A stretch of DNA of 64,000 nt, taken from the IMG/VR virus record IMGVR_UViG_3300049218_000295, positions 96,001 to 160,000 of that record; one strand, written 5' to 3'. The DNA comes from a virus. Under the pieces are notes generated by a model. It ran no database searches, was not told the DNA's origin, and saw only the letters and a list, made by a program, of their open reading frames with translations. The translations under genes and the position numbers were made by a program. Of this stretch, positions 1-11,250 are shown in pieces (position 1 is the first letter of the stretch; each line of letters begins with the position of its first letter).

Positions 1-1
1 G

Positions 2-403
2 GAAGAGTACGCTATCAGGGTCGTAAAGCAGGTTCATGTCGTACAGGGAGCAACCACCAAAATGGGCGGTAAGTCCCAGGTCTATTATCCCCGCAAAAAC
101 TGGTCGAGCGTCATGTTTATGAATTGTGAGAAGCTCCGGTACTGGAGCAAAGACTACGTCTGTGAGTCAGTGGGACTGGACCTCCACCAATTCAAGGGCC
201 TAGAAAAGTCCGATATTGGCGTTTTGCCCCTGGAATGGAACCATCTTGATCATCGGAATGCTAAAACCAAAATGCTGCATTACACTTCGGGCGGACCTTG
301 GTTGCCGGGGTGTGAAAACCACCCCCAAGAGGCACTTTGGCATTCCTATGAGCAAGAATTTCGCCAGGGGGAAGCCACGCCTCCCCCCGCAGAAAAGCTT
401 TAA
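2..403 (+). CDS. Glycosyltransferase (GT8-like phage family), 5'-truncated by the window edge
   Basis: Frame open from base 2; YPRKNWSSVMFMNC, LPLEWNHL and HYTSGGPW motifs are typical of this phage GT family. Confidence 0.75.
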   Translation, partial: EEYAIRVVKQVHVVQGATTKMGGKSQVYYPRKNWSSVMFMNCEKLRYWSKDYVCESVGLDLHQFKGLEKSDIGVLPLEWNHLDHRNAKTKMLHYTSGGPWLPGCENHPQEALWHSYEQEFRQGEATPPPAEKL

Positions 404-621
404 GCGGCTTTACGATGAACCTTTGCTTTGCGCAGCTTGGCTGCGGCGGCCCGTCTTTCTCGCTGGGCGTCGCGCCGCCGCGCACGCTCCGCTACCTTCT
501 GATGTTCTTTGCAGCGTTTGGCGTGATGCTCGTCTTGCGGCATGACCCAACGTCCCTTTCCGCAATCCACGCATTTGATTAAGACACTGTATTCTGGACC
601 TGGTTTTTTTGGCCTTGCCAT
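400..621 (-). CDS. Small basic Zn-ribbon protein
   Basis: CxxC plus CxxH; AAGGAG SD upstream. Confidence 0.6.
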   Translation of the reverse strand: MARPKKPGPEYSVLIKCVDCGKGRWVMPQDEHHAKRCKEHQKVAERARRRDAQRERRAAAAKLRKAKVHRKAA

Positions 622-762
622 AGACTGTTACTCCTTAGAACCAGTATAACATAATTGTGCAAACGCGTCAAGTACTATTATAGAACGGGACCGGGTTTCC
701 GTTCCTTGGTTCACAGGCTTATCTTCGAAGGTGATGCAACTATATTCATCACCGGTGACCAA

Positions 763-3700
763 ATGAGCTTAACCGCGATATTCCAGTGGGACAATTCAGA
801 CTCGACGGCTGACCTAAACCAGCGGTTCTCCTCAATATATGCCAAAGGCATCATCAGCAATACTGGTGGACTGCTTTCGCCTGTTTCGGGACAACTGCAA
901 GTAACACTTTCTCCTTACATCGCTGTTGGCTTCGACGGAATGATGGTGCAAGAAAGTGCCGCCCAGACCTTCAATCTCGTCATCAATCAAACTAACGTCA
1001 TTGCACTTCGAGCTGTACACAATATTGGTGCGGCCCCTACTTTAACCTATGGCGTCTTCGAGATTACTGCTTTCAACAATCTCGTCAATCGGGACCAGTA
1101 TATTGCTTTCGGAGCGGTAACCGTTAGCAGTCCAGCCACCCAAGCTACTACGAATGATATCAGTTATAGCGGTCGAGATCAAAATGATCAAATTCAGCGC
1201 AATCCCTTTCGCGGACGGGTTTCTTCCCAAACCATTACATGTACCGAAGTGGAAGGCAGCCCGGTCCTGGCCACCACCCAGCTTTCAGATTTGAGTGTTG
1301 GTTTAGCAGTCTCGGGCATTGGTATCGCTTCGGCTTCCTACATTACAGCTATTAATAGCCCGGTTTCCACTACTGCCTCCTTTACAACTAGCTCAACGGC
1401 GATTACGGTAAATAGTGTAACCGGAATTTACCCTGGAATGTTGGTTACCGACACGACCAACAGCAACTATATCCCAGCGGGAACTACTGTAACCTCAATC
1501 GTTTCTACTACAGTTTTCATTAGTCAGGCAACTATTGGTACCGCAGCGAATGATACTGTATCCTTCCAGGGAAGCTTTGTTATCAATAACAACGCCATTT
1601 CTCCTGGTGGCTCACAAAGTCTCACTTTTGTCAACCTTCCCGTTCTTACCCCGAACCAAAATTTGCCTGGCGATTTCTACATGGTCAACCAAGGGACCGG
1701 CGATTTGGCGTCCATTTGGGCCTGGAATGGCGAAGTTTGGATTAACATCACGGATTCCCAAAGTATTGAATCTGAACTTACACAACATGAAGAAAATTTC
1801 TTCCAAAACCAAATCCATTTAACTAGTACCCCTGGCGTCAGCGACCAGGCAAGTGCTGCTCTCGGTTCCTATGGTATCCCCGGTTTACTGAACCGATACG
1901 TAACTCAGACTGACCCACAGTTCCCCTCGACTGATGAGGCGGAGGCACTAGTTGGTTTTCCGACATCCCCCGCTCCAAGCGCATCCAACGCCTATATTAC
2001 ACAACAGTATCCAGTAGCCGCCACTACGCAGGTTCTTTTCGCGCTGCCGCCCGGCGGACCAATCCAAATTCAGGCTTCTGAAGGTCCAATCTATGTCGGA
2101 ACCGGACCGGTCAACTCGGCCAATGTTTTCTTTATGCTTATGGACTTTAGCCTCAAAAGGGGCTATGTCAATAATGAGGGCGTGGCCCCTCAAATTGTTG
2201 GGGTCTTCACAGATGGCCTTCTTACTCAGCCATTAGTACCATCGTCCAACGCTAACGTGGACGCCAACGGTTTCTTCACTGGTGACCTCTTCCTTCAAAC
2301 CAGCACGGTTGTGGATACTGGTTTCCGCTTGGTTTATGGCTGCCGTCAAATTCTTTCCTCGGTAGTTAAAGACTTTACAGTAAACACCACCCCCGGAGAC
2401 GACACCATTCCTTCCTTGGTGGTCCAACAGGTGGCCAACATTAAAGGCCGCTCCTTCGATACCTCGACTCCCACCGATGAACAAAATATCAATCTCCGTA
2501 TTGACCTCAACGGTGTTCATTCTTACCTCGGTTCGGTTCTTGATACCAACACCGTGGCTGACGCCGCCGACTTTAAACGTCTAGCCGACGAGCCAACCAT
2601 CGGAAGCTACTTTGACTATAACGTTGGCATCGAGCCAATCTACACCTATTTGAACTCGTCCTTGACGGGTTACACCTACGCATTGGTATCCGGAACGGGG
2701 ACGATCACCTACACCAGTGGTGTCATTCCAGTAGGGGTCCAGGCGGGCAACCTTTTTATTGATGGTGACAATAATCAATATGTCATCCAATCTGTAATCT
2801 CGACCACCCAATTGACTATTGTTTTGCCTAGTACTGGTCTTGCTCCAAGCGCAAGCACTGTTATTACTGCTCCATCAGGAGCTGGAACCGCCCAGAGTGG
2901 CGCGTGCCAAGTAAATAACAACCCACGAAACGTCTTGATTTCTGAAATGAAGATCGATGGCCTTTCTGAAGTCATCGCAGTTCCCTCAATCCAGGCGAAC
3001 AACGCAGAGTTTTCACAACCATTGGGCCAAGTGGCTTATGCACCGGTCCGTCCAGACCAGCGCCTCGAACCGCGCCTCGTTTTCTATGGTGACGCCTGGG
3101 AGAATTTTCAGGACCCAGTAACTGGTGAACAATACGTTAGGAATGCTGGCACAGGCAGCTTTATGATTACCAGCATCTTCACTGATGTTGCGGTAATTGT
3201 CCGTCGCCGTGCTGGGTCTCCACCGCTAAGTGTTTCTATCAACGGCACCACTCCTTTCAACGTCAGTATCTCGGGTGGCGGACTAATCGCGGACGCCGTG
3301 ACCACAGCTTTCGGACCAAAATACGAAGCAGTTCCTATTGCTAAGAACTTGCAAAGTAGAGCAGATTGGAGTGCCACAACACCATCCACTATCACTGCTA
3401 CTATCGCTGCCGCTTCTTCTGAATCCTTTGATATTTATGGCATCTTGTTGATGAAGACCAATGATACCACAGCGGGTACTGTGGTATTGGAGTCTGGGGT
3501 CGCTTTCGCCCAAGCACAAATCATCCAGAATGATGTTGTCAATTCCACCGTCCCCATTCCGCCTCTGACCCCCTATCAACGCGGTGGACGAGTAAGTTAT
3601 GCCGCCAACAACGGCAGCTTTAACACCGCGATCTCGCAGCTTGCGACTCTGGATGGTGCTCCCAATACGAGCGCATCACCTAATGGTACTCTCACAAATT

Positions 3701-6700
3701 CTGGTTCGACGTCGCAGTTGGTTCTGTCGAATTCCAACTATGCCAGTTTGCTTGTTGGCTATCAAGTCAACGATATTGTCCAACTGATAAACACCACTTC
3801 GTTACTTTCTGACATCCACCGTATCACTGCTATCAACAACAATACGGTGACCTTCGAGAGCACTTCAAACACCAATGGCTCTACCTGCAATATGAGGCAT
3901 ATTTGCAGTACGAATAGCCCGGTAGTCAACCCAATTGACGCAGAAGTTGCACGTTATAACCTTGTCACGGACTTTACCAACGGAACTCCAACAGACTTCT
4001 CCGGTCCTGCGACTGCAAATCGCTACGCTTTAGGAAAAGACAAATACACCTTGGTCGCAGGGACCAACCTCAGTGTTCAATTCGAACCCGTCGTTACTGG
4101 CAGCTCAGCCGCAGTCCGTATTGAATCCGGCGGAACCCTAAGAATTAAAGTTTTAGCTACAAGACTTGACATTTTGGTAAACAGCCCATCGGCTGTTTCT
4201 TTTAATGTCTCCATCGACGGTTCGCCTGCCTACACCTGGGGTCCGACGATTGGTGGTGGACAACTTGTTAATTTGTTCTACAATGCTCGTTATCAAGACC
4301 ATGAAGTGGTCATCACAAATGCCACCGGTCTTGCTATTAGTGAAATCATCATTTTTGCGCCAGCAGCAGCTTCGCTTCCGGTTGATACTGTTGCGGTAGC
4401 GGACCTTTACCAGCCCGCATTCTATTTGCCTTCGCTATCCTATTTGTCGTCCGCCCCAAATACCTATCTGGTCGGTGGTTGGTTCCACGAGGCGCTTCAC
4501 TACATAGCAACATTGCTGGGTACAGGTGTAAATCCTGACTGGACACTCACGCAGAGCTGGTCGGACGCCGGTGGCAAATCACCATACGGCCAATACATGA
4601 GTACTGCGAACAACGGTTCCGCCGCCGAATTTTGGGTTCTCGGCACTGGGTTCGAATTGCAGTACATCATGGGTCCGAATCACGGGTATTTCAATGTTTC
4701 GGTTGATGGAACTGACCTCGCTTCCGTTTCCGGAACCCTTGTCGGTTCTAATCCAACAGGTGGGGCCTATTCCGGTGGCGTAGTCGATGCTTACAGTGCA
4801 GGCTACACTCGTAGGAACATTGGCGTTTATGGCTTGGCTTTTGGTCTCCATCATGTGGTTGCCAAAATTCCATCGACTTTGGCCAAAAACTCGGCGTCGA
4901 CCGGTTATTACATGGCATTCACCGGCTACTATGCTATCAACATGTCGAGCGGAACCACTGCTACACTTTCTATCGGCATCGACCAATATGGCAACTACAA
5001 TGGAGTAGTTGATACTCGCACTTTTGCACCTCTGCCTGTTATTGCGGGTGTTACGCCCCAAACTTACGAGCTTCTTGGAAGTAATGTCACCGCTCTCACG
5101 TCAAACCCGAACTACGCAGGTCGTGGCGCTCCACTTCGCACGGTTGGAAACAGTCAGGGTTTTGCCGATGCAATTGCTAGCATGGACAACCAGATTAGTC
5201 TGTTCTTTGACCAGCTCCGAATGTTACCAAGTCCACAAGCAGGTGGCACAATTTATTCTAACCGAGTAGCAATGCTTGGCTCAGACGTAACGATGCTCGA
5301 TGGAACAACCCGCAGCCAGATCATCAAGACGTTCTTGATGAACTTTAGTGGGGCACAGTTCTCGTTTGGAACCAGCGATGCTGGGACAATTTACGACCAG
5401 ACTGGATTAACGAGCATTGGTTCTTTTGCTGCAGTTAATCCTGGACCCGGAAACTTCCTTTGGTACTCGATCACAGCGCAGTCCAACACCCTCGGCTCCG
5501 ATAATCGGATGTCGATTGAGTTTACTGTCACAGCGGCGACTTCAACAGGGACAACTCAGGCTACAGCACCACGAGCTACTTTTGTCAGCGGCTTCCCAAT
5601 TGGCGAAGTATGCGTAGCAGGGACTACAGGTTCAGCGACCGTCAACGTCCTGCCTATTACTGCGGGCCAAATTGTCCAGTTGGGGATTGGGGCCGGAGCA
5701 GGCTCCTCAGGTTCGGGGGGCGGAGCGCCTACACAACCTGCTGATGGATTCTCACTAGTAGTTTCGGACACTTTCCAAGAATCACCCTCTGCTGTTGGCT
5801 CTTTCGTTAACCCGACGTACACCACGGGCTCATACAATCCGGCAAGCAACATCTACTCCTTGCTTTGTGACAAGACACCAACGATCACAACGCTGGGCGT
5901 AGATTTCACATTGAGTCAAGCCCCATCGGGTTTCTCACTCGCAGTCGGTAACGTTATCTGGGTGAACTCACTTGGTACTTTCTCCAAAGTCGCTACAGTC
6001 ACTTCCACAACCACAGGGACTCTGGACGTTGCTTTCTCTGCTGATCAGACTGCTGCGGCTGGGATGGTTGCTCAGGCTCTTTGGACTCTGGATTTGGCCA
6101 ACGTTGGGGACCCTGCCCACCAAACACGCCCTTGCGACTTCTACCCGAATTTCAACAGTCCGCAAATCAACATTGACTACGAAGACAGTTTGGCTTCGGG
6201 AGATGCAGTAGCCGACCTTGTGGCTCAAGCCCGCGTGGTAGTTGCGGCTTCGAACTACGGCTTCTACAATGATACCTCTTCAATCGCTCTATCGAGCCAG
6301 TATGCCCCAATCTTCACGCGGCCATCAGCTCCAAACCAAATCAACAACTACGTGCTTGATACTATTACTGGTATCGTGAGTGCCACTACCTCGAACACAA
6401 TCACGCTTTCACCGATTAACACCAACTTCTTAGCTGCGGCGGGTGAGCTTACCTACAGTACTTCTCTCACAACCACTGGAACTTTTTCATCAGGTTCTTT
6501 AACTATAACGGTAGCAAGTGCGGCGGGAATTGTAGTAGGAATGTACATCTCGGACACGAGCAATACGAGCTACATTCAGCCCAACACGATTGTAACATCA
6601 ATCGTTGGAACTACAATCGGAATAAACCAGCCAACAATGGGCGCAGCTTCTGGTGACGGACTTTCTATTCAAGGCAATACTCCTTTCACCTATACGAGCT

Positions 6701-7614
6701 ATGACAGCACCTCCGGGGTTTTCTCTGGAGTTAGCCCAAGCCCAGTTGGCACTGTAGTCAACGGCTATTCTATTATTCAAGCTCAACAACGTTGTTTCTT
6801 GGTGTTCTTCCCGAACCCGAACAATTCAACAGTGACTTCGCTTGCTAACATCATTACTTATGATTGCAGCGTTTACCCCACGCAAGTACTCTCCAACGGT
6901 GGCTATCTCAATGCAAGTTACTGCCAGTCCGACGGTAGTGGCACTCCTATCAACTGCTCGAACCCGACAGTGGTCGGTGGCCTCTCGCAGCTTGTTCTAG
7001 GCTTCACTTATGTACCAGGATTGAACCAGTTGCCCCTATCTCCGGATGGCGACCTAGAAGTCATTGTGGAAGGGGAAGTGATTCCTCGCTACTTCCCCGG
7101 AGTGGTCGGAGCTTACTACACCGAAATCAACTTTAACACTATCGGTTTCTGGTCGAACCTTTCTGGAAGTTCACTCAGCATCCACGTTCGCCAGCGCCAG
7201 GGTTCAATTGATTCAAACAGCAATAACGCTCTAAAGCTTACGGCCTTAGTGGACATAGTGGTTGGTAGCACTGCACAGGTAGCTGCTGGTATAGCCAGCT
7301 ACAGTTCGCTCCAAGCTGCGGTCAGTGTGGCTTCTCCCGGTCAAAAGATTGTGTTCTTGGCCGGTGCTACAGTGACTGAAAGCGTGACAATCAGTGTTCC
7401 TGTCATTATAACGGGACACGGGACCTCATCTATAATTAACGGAAACCTTACGTTGGCCGCAGGCTCCGATGGTACTTCTATTGAGTTAATGTACATCAGT
7501 GGTTCCATCACACTCAACTCCAACTATAACTTCCTGTGGAAAAACTGGCAACTAACGGGTCAAAGTTTCACCGATGCGGGCACTGAGAACCATTACTTAA
7601 TTATCCCAGACTAA
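763..7614 (+). CDS. Very large virion structural protein (tail fibre/baseplate-associated)
   Basis: S/T/G/V-rich beta protein with repeated 'G(I/L)xxG(M/L)xV(S/T)...IPxxTxVTSI' modules; ATG at 763 preferred over the TTG at 655; followed by tail-collar genes. Confidence 0.7.
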   Translation: MSLTAIFQWDNSDSTADLNQRFSSIYAKGIISNTGGLLSPVSGQLQVTLSPYIAVGFDGMMVQESAAQTFNLVINQTNVIALRAVHNIGAAPTLTYGVFEITAFNNLVNRDQYIAFGAVTVSSPATQATTNDISYSGRDQNDQIQRNPFRGRVSSQTITCTEVEGSPVLATTQLSDLSVGLAVSGIGIASASYITAINSPVSTTASFTTSSTAITVNSVTGIYPGMLVTDTTNSNYIPAGTTVTSIVSTTVFISQATIGTAANDTVSFQGSFVINNNAISPGGSQSLTFVNLPVLTPNQNLPGDFYMVNQGTGDLASIWAWNGEVWINITDSQSIESELTQHEENFFQNQIHLTSTPGVSDQASAALGSYGIPGLLNRYVTQTDPQFPSTDEAEALVGFPTSPAPSASNAYITQQYPVAATTQVLFALPPGGPIQIQASEGPIYVGTGPVNSANVFFMLMDFSLKRGYVNNEGVAPQIVGVFTDGLLTQPLVPSSNANVDANGFFTGDLFLQTSTVVDTGFRLVYGCRQILSSVVKDFTVNTTPGDDTIPSLVVQQVANIKGRSFDTSTPTDEQNINLRIDLNGVHSYLGSVLDTNTVADAADFKRLADEPTIGSYFDYNVGIEPIYTYLNSSLTGYTYALVSGTGTITYTSGVIPVGVQAGNLFIDGDNNQYVIQSVISTTQLTIVLPSTGLAPSASTVITAPSGAGTAQSGACQVNNNPRNVLISEMKIDGLSEVIAVPSIQANNAEFSQPLGQVAYAPVRPDQRLEPRLVFYGDAWENFQDPVTGEQYVRNAGTGSFMITSIFTDVAVIVRRRAGSPPLSVSINGTTPFNVSISGGGLIADAVTTAFGPKYEAVPIAKNLQSRADWSATTPSTITATIAAASSESFDIYGILLMKTNDTTAGTVVLESGVAFAQAQIIQNDVVNSTVPIPPLTPYQRGGRVSYAANNGSFNTAISQLATLDGAPNTSASPNGTLTNSGSTSQLVLSNSNYASLLVGYQVNDIVQLINTTSLLSDIHRITAINNNTVTFESTSNTNGSTCNMRHICSTNSPVVNPIDAEVARYNLVTDFTNGTPTDFSGPATANRYALGKDKYTLVAGTNLSVQFEPVVTGSSAAVRIESGGTLRIKVLATRLDILVNSPSAVSFNVSIDGSPAYTWGPTIGGGQLVNLFYNARYQDHEVVITNATGLAISEIIIFAPAAASLPVDTVAVADLYQPAFYLPSLSYLSSAPNTYLVGGWFHEALHYIATLLGTGVNPDWTLTQSWSDAGGKSPYGQYMSTANNGSAAEFWVLGTGFELQYIMGPNHGYFNVSVDGTDLASVSGTLVGSNPTGGAYSGGVVDAYSAGYTRRNIGVYGLAFGLHHVVAKIPSTLAKNSASTGYYMAFTGYYAINMSSGTTATLSIGIDQYGNYNGVVDTRTFAPLPVIAGVTPQTYELLGSNVTALTSNPNYAGRGAPLRTVGNSQGFADAIASMDNQISLFFDQLRMLPSPQAGGTIYSNRVAMLGSDVTMLDGTTRSQIIKTFLMNFSGAQFSFGTSDAGTIYDQTGLTSIGSFAAVNPGPGNFLWYSITAQSNTLGSDNRMSIEFTVTAATSTGTTQATAPRATFVSGFPIGEVCVAGTTGSATVNVLPITAGQIVQLGIGAGAGSSGSGGGAPTQPADGFSLVVSDTFQESPSAVGSFVNPTYTTGSYNPASNIYSLLCDKTPTITTLGVDFTLSQAPSGFSLAVGNVIWVNSLGTFSKVATVTSTTTGTLDVAFSADQTAAAGMVAQALWTLDLANVGDPAHQTRPCDFYPNFNSPQINIDYEDSLASGDAVADLVAQARVVVAASNYGFYNDTSSIALSSQYAPIFTRPSAPNQINNYVLDTITGIVSATTSNTITLSPINTNFLAAAGELTYSTSLTTTGTFSSGSLTITVASAAGIVVGMYISDTSNTSYIQPNTIVTSIVGTTIGINQPTMGAASGDGLSIQGNTPFTYTSYDSTSGVFSGVSPSPVGTVVNGYSIIQAQQRCFLVFFPNPNNSTVTSLANIITYDCSVYPTQVLSNGGYLNASYCQSDGSGTPINCSNPTVVGGLSQLVLGFTYVPGLNQLPLSPDGDLEVIVEGEVIPRYFPGVVGAYYTEINFNTIGFWSNLSGSSLSIHVRQRQGSIDSNSNNALKLTALVDIVVGSTAQVAAGIASYSSLQAAVSVASPGQKIVFLAGATVTESVTISVPVIITGHGTSSIINGNLTLAAGSDGTSIELMYISGSITLNSNYNFLWKNWQLTGQSFTDAGTENHYLIIPD

Positions 7615-7622
7615 GGAGCAAC

Positions 7623-8183
7623 ATGGCAATATGCAGCTTGGTTCCTGCGGGAACAATCAGAAGTTTCGGTGGCGCTCTTCCTACAGGGCATTTGCTTTGT
7701 GATGGTAGCTCCTATTTGACTACGGCTTATCCTGTCCTATTTGCAGCCATCGGCTACACTTGGGGTGGCAGTGGTAGCAATTTCAATGTCCCAGACTTTA
7801 GAGGAAAAGTCCCGATGGGATCAGGACAAGATTCGGCCAATGGTCTTTCAAATAGGACACTGGCGGAATTCACTGGAAATGAAACCCATGCTCTTTCGGT
7901 GGGAGAGTTAGCTTCACACTCACACATCGATGCGGGGCATAGTCACACCGATGCGGGGCATAGTCACAACATGTCCCCTTACGATTACAATACTTATGTG
8001 ACCTCAGGTAGCGGCGGTGGCATTGTCCATTTCAACGTTCGGACCAATTATGGGAATCTCCTTACGGAGAACTCCTCGGCTTCAATTGAGACCTCTTATG
8101 CAAGCCTAGAAAACACCGGTTCCGGTGTTGGTCATAACAATGTTCAGCCATCACTGGTAGTCACGTGTTGTATTAAGTACTAA
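7623..8183 (+). CDS. Phage tail-collar domain protein
   Basis: LLCDGSSY...YPVLFAAIGYTWGG...FNVPDFRG collar motif, HxH repeats, HNNVQPSLV C-terminus. Confidence 0.9.
   Translation: MAICSLVPAGTIRSFGGALPTGHLLCDGSSYLTTAYPVLFAAIGYTWGGSGSNFNVPDFRGKVPMGSGQDSANGLSNRTLAEFTGNETHALSVGELASHSHIDAGHSHTDAGHSHNMSPYDYNTYVTSGSGGGIVHFNVRTNYGNLLTENSSASIETSYASLENTGSGVGHNNVQPSLVVTCCIKY
7928..7968 (+). repeat. 21-bp tandem duplication encoding DAGHSH twice
   Basis: cgatgcggggcatagtcaca occurs twice in tandem. Confidence 0.85.
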
Positions 8184-8191
8184 GGACAAAT

Positions 8192-8944
8192 ATGAAGCAG
8201 ACGCAAGTAGCAACCGGAATTGTAATGCAACAAAAACAGCAAGGTCCAAATGTGGTCTTGCCACAGCAGAGCATCGACATTTCCATGTTGCAATCCGGAG
8301 TTCTGCAGTATTTTCTTCCCCCAGGAGCACTGGTGCATTACTGCGGAATCACGATACCAAATGGCTATTTGGCTTGTGACGGCTCGCTTTATGAAGAGAC
8401 TGCTTTTCCAGCTCTTTATGCCGCTATTGGCACTACTTTTAACCTGATCGGGGATGCTGCTGGCTACTTTCGAGTGCCAGACGCTCGCGGTAAGGCTATG
8501 ATTGGGGCTGGTCAGGACACAGCCCGAGGCCTAAGTGCAAGAACACTTGGAGAAATTGTTGGCGAAGAAACTCACACACTTCTGGATACAGAATCGGGGG
8601 TTGCAGCGCACACCCATACTGCTACTGATTCTGGTCACGTCCACGGGGTCACCGACCCTTCGCACAACCATTCCCAAAACAGCCACGGCCACGACTATGG
8701 ACTTGCCCCTTACACTGGGAGCGCAGGCGGGAACCAAGCTTATTATACCCCAACTAGCTCGGGATATAGTCAGGGCATTCCCACAACTTCGGCCACGGCT
8801 TCCAACAACGCAAATGTTACTGGGGTTTCTGTTAACGCTGGTGAGGCCAATGTAACCGTGGCTAATGCTGTCGCGGCACCTGCCGCAAATGCTCATAACA
8901 ACATGCAGCCATCACTTGTAATTCAGCTCATAATTAAATATTAA
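8192..8944 (+). CDS. Phage tail-collar domain protein
   Basis: GYLACDG...FPALYAAIG...FRVPDARG, HxH repeats, HNNMQPSLV. Confidence 0.9.
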   Translation: MKQTQVATGIVMQQKQQGPNVVLPQQSIDISMLQSGVLQYFLPPGALVHYCGITIPNGYLACDGSLYEETAFPALYAAIGTTFNLIGDAAGYFRVPDARGKAMIGAGQDTARGLSARTLGEIVGEETHTLLDTESGVAAHTHTATDSGHVHGVTDPSHNHSQNSHGHDYGLAPYTGSAGGNQAYYTPTSSGYSQGIPTTSATASNNANVTGVSVNAGEANVTVANAVAAPAANAHNNMQPSLVIQLIIKY

Positions 8945-8951
8945 GGAACAA

Positions 8952-9818
8952 ATGCCATTCACGGATACGCCAGACCCAATTACTGCGACACTCACCGACC
9001 TCGGTAGGATGAACTTTGCACGCGTCGCGCATGGGGAAATTTCTTTCGAAGCCACTGGCTTTGCGGTTGGGCAAGGTGGCTACAATATGTCAAACCCTGT
9101 CCAGATCACCGCTATCGACTCCACCCAAACAGGTCTCATTGCTCAATTCTTTCCCGCGCCCCCACCAGTGCAGACTCTTTCTTGTACTCTGACTGTTGGG
9201 AGCAATGCGGTCGTCACAACCAGCACCGCAAACCTCAGCCCTGGATTTATTATTGGCGGGATTGGTATTCCACCAAATACTACAGTGACGGCAGTGACAT
9301 CGATAACTACCTTCTCGATGAGCAAAACAGTAATACCCCAATACAGCTTCACGGTCGTTGCGGCCAATGCTACTGCGGGGGCCATTTACACCAGCAACTC
9401 CAACTCCTTTACAGTAGTGTCCTCCATTATCGGTGCCACAACACTTGTTTGTAATGGTACCGGAGCACCTACACCACCAACCGGTACACTCACTAAGGTC
9501 TCCGGTCTGGGAGACGCTACCATCACCTATTCTGCTGTCAATGCAGCTAGTGGGTCGCAAACTCTAACTTTTTCCAACTTACAGCCCCTCGCCGACATCG
9601 AATACCCAACACCGAAGACTGCGGTGATGAATTGCCGTCTATCAAGTAGCCAAGCAGTGACGGCTCTTGGCGAACTAGGAATTTGGGCCACGATAGTTAG
9701 CTCCAACACTACGCCAGCGGAAATCGGAACAACATTCTTAATGGCAGTGGCGCATTTTCCGATTATGACCAAAACTTTAAAGCAGGTAATCGTCTATCGA
9801 GTGGTCATACAATTCTAA
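8952..9818 (+). CDS. Probable tail/baseplate structural protein
   Basis: LTDLGR N-terminus and 'GELGIWA...AVAHFPIMTKT' C-terminus resemble baseplate/fibre-attachment proteins; structural context. Confidence 0.6.
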   Translation: MPFTDTPDPITATLTDLGRMNFARVAHGEISFEATGFAVGQGGYNMSNPVQITAIDSTQTGLIAQFFPAPPPVQTLSCTLTVGSNAVVTTSTANLSPGFIIGGIGIPPNTTVTAVTSITTFSMSKTVIPQYSFTVVAANATAGAIYTSNSNSFTVVSSIIGATTLVCNGTGAPTPPTGTLTKVSGLGDATITYSAVNAASGSQTLTFSNLQPLADIEYPTPKTAVMNCRLSSSQAVTALGELGIWATIVSSNTTPAEIGTTFLMAVAHFPIMTKTLKQVIVYRVVIQF

Positions 9819-9828
9819 GGAATAGTCT

Positions 9829-11238
9829 ATGGGTCTTTTGCGCGACATCGAAAATATCGTCAACAACAGCATTAACACCTATTCGCATGTCAAGGTTTTC
9901 CCCAGAGGCTTGCCTTTCTTCCAGGACTCTCTACTCCGAGGAACCGTCCGCTTCGGAAAGCGAACTGGCAACAGCATCGCTACTATCAACCCTGACAACA
10001 CTCAATATTTTGGAGCGGCAGCAAGCGTCAATGATACCCAAATTACGCTTTTATATCCCTCCCAATGGTTTGATGTGGCTTGCATTTTGTCGCTTGGTCC
10101 AGGTGAAGAACTGGCTCAGATTGTGGATGTCAGCGATGAGCAGATTCTCACACTTCAAGATCCGATTGGAAATTCCTACACCACGGACCTAGACAATCAA
10201 ATTCTGCTCTGGGCTTTCCCACTCGTCATGCACACCGACGCCGCCGAGGGTGCAACAAGTATCACGGTAAGATCGCACTATCCTCTTGGCAACGGTGAAG
10301 TATTTACATACATGCAGACTCCCGGACTACTGGAATCACTGTTTGAAATTGACGTTCTCACCGCCACTTACAATGGGACTTCTGCGGATCTCTACTATAC
10401 TTCAATTTATACTTTGACACTGGCCAAACCTCTACCTAGTGCTCTCATTCAAGAGAGTCAAGTTTATCACCGTGCTTATCCAGCTTACTTCTCCCAGCCC
10501 GTCCCAGTTCCTTTATCGATTAACTCTGCGGAACCAGTTGGACCGTTTCTTCTCGACTTGCTTAGCGGTAAGATTATTGAGGGTTCCAGCGTTAAAGAGA
10601 CTTTTGCAGTTTGCACCTTGAATGCTTCTGGTGATTACGTCCTAGGAAACTCCGACGGCTTCGTCACTGTCCCCAAGAATACAGTGATCCTAGAGAGGCA
10701 AGTCTCTTCCGATTTCCCAATGTTCTGGGAGCTAGCGGAAGGGACGATGCGGCTCACTCCAAACAGCAGCGTCTTTATTGTAAACCAGGATGTTAACCGA
10801 CTCTTTTTCTGTTGTGGGACTCGTTGTATTCCAAATTGGCAGGCCAATGGCAATAGCTGGCGGCTAACTCTACAGGCAACCGATAGCTGCACGGTAAATT
10901 TCTTTTTCCATCCTTACCCCGTTCAATCTTTTTCGTGTCCGGCGGGTGCAACAGTGAACGCGATTGTCACAATACCGGTTGGTACTGATCCTGTTACCGA
11001 AATAGAAATCAATGTTCTTGGTCAATCCGAAATTTGCCAAGTTGAAATGTCTGATTGGACGCCTGTAGGTAATACGGTTACCCAAATTCAGTACAGCCTA
11101 GTCGCCCAGGCCACCGGAATTGCGACGTATCAATCGACTGGTTTGGTAGTTAAACCCTTTTTCCTAAGCGTCGACTTCTTGCAGGCAACTTACGACCAGG
11201 AAAATACCACCTATGACGGTGGCAAAGTCTACTTCTAA
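9829..11238 (+). CDS. Hypothetical protein, probably virion structural
   Basis: 469-aa beta-rich ORF with SD, in the structural operon. Confidence 0.55.
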   Translation: MGLLRDIENIVNNSINTYSHVKVFPRGLPFFQDSLLRGTVRFGKRTGNSIATINPDNTQYFGAAASVNDTQITLLYPSQWFDVACILSLGPGEELAQIVDVSDEQILTLQDPIGNSYTTDLDNQILLWAFPLVMHTDAAEGATSITVRSHYPLGNGEVFTYMQTPGLLESLFEIDVLTATYNGTSADLYYTSIYTLTLAKPLPSALIQESQVYHRAYPAYFSQPVPVPLSINSAEPVGPFLLDLLSGKIIEGSSVKETFAVCTLNASGDYVLGNSDGFVTVPKNTVILERQVSSDFPMFWELAEGTMRLTPNSSVFIVNQDVNRLFFCCGTRCIPNWQANGNSWRLTLQATDSCTVNFFFHPYPVQSFSCPAGATVNAIVTIPVGTDPVTEIEINVLGQSEICQVEMSDWTPVGNTVTQIQYSLVAQATGIATYQSTGLVVKPFFLSVDFLQATYDQENTTYDGGKVYF

Positions 11239-11250
11239 AGGAGAGAGTCT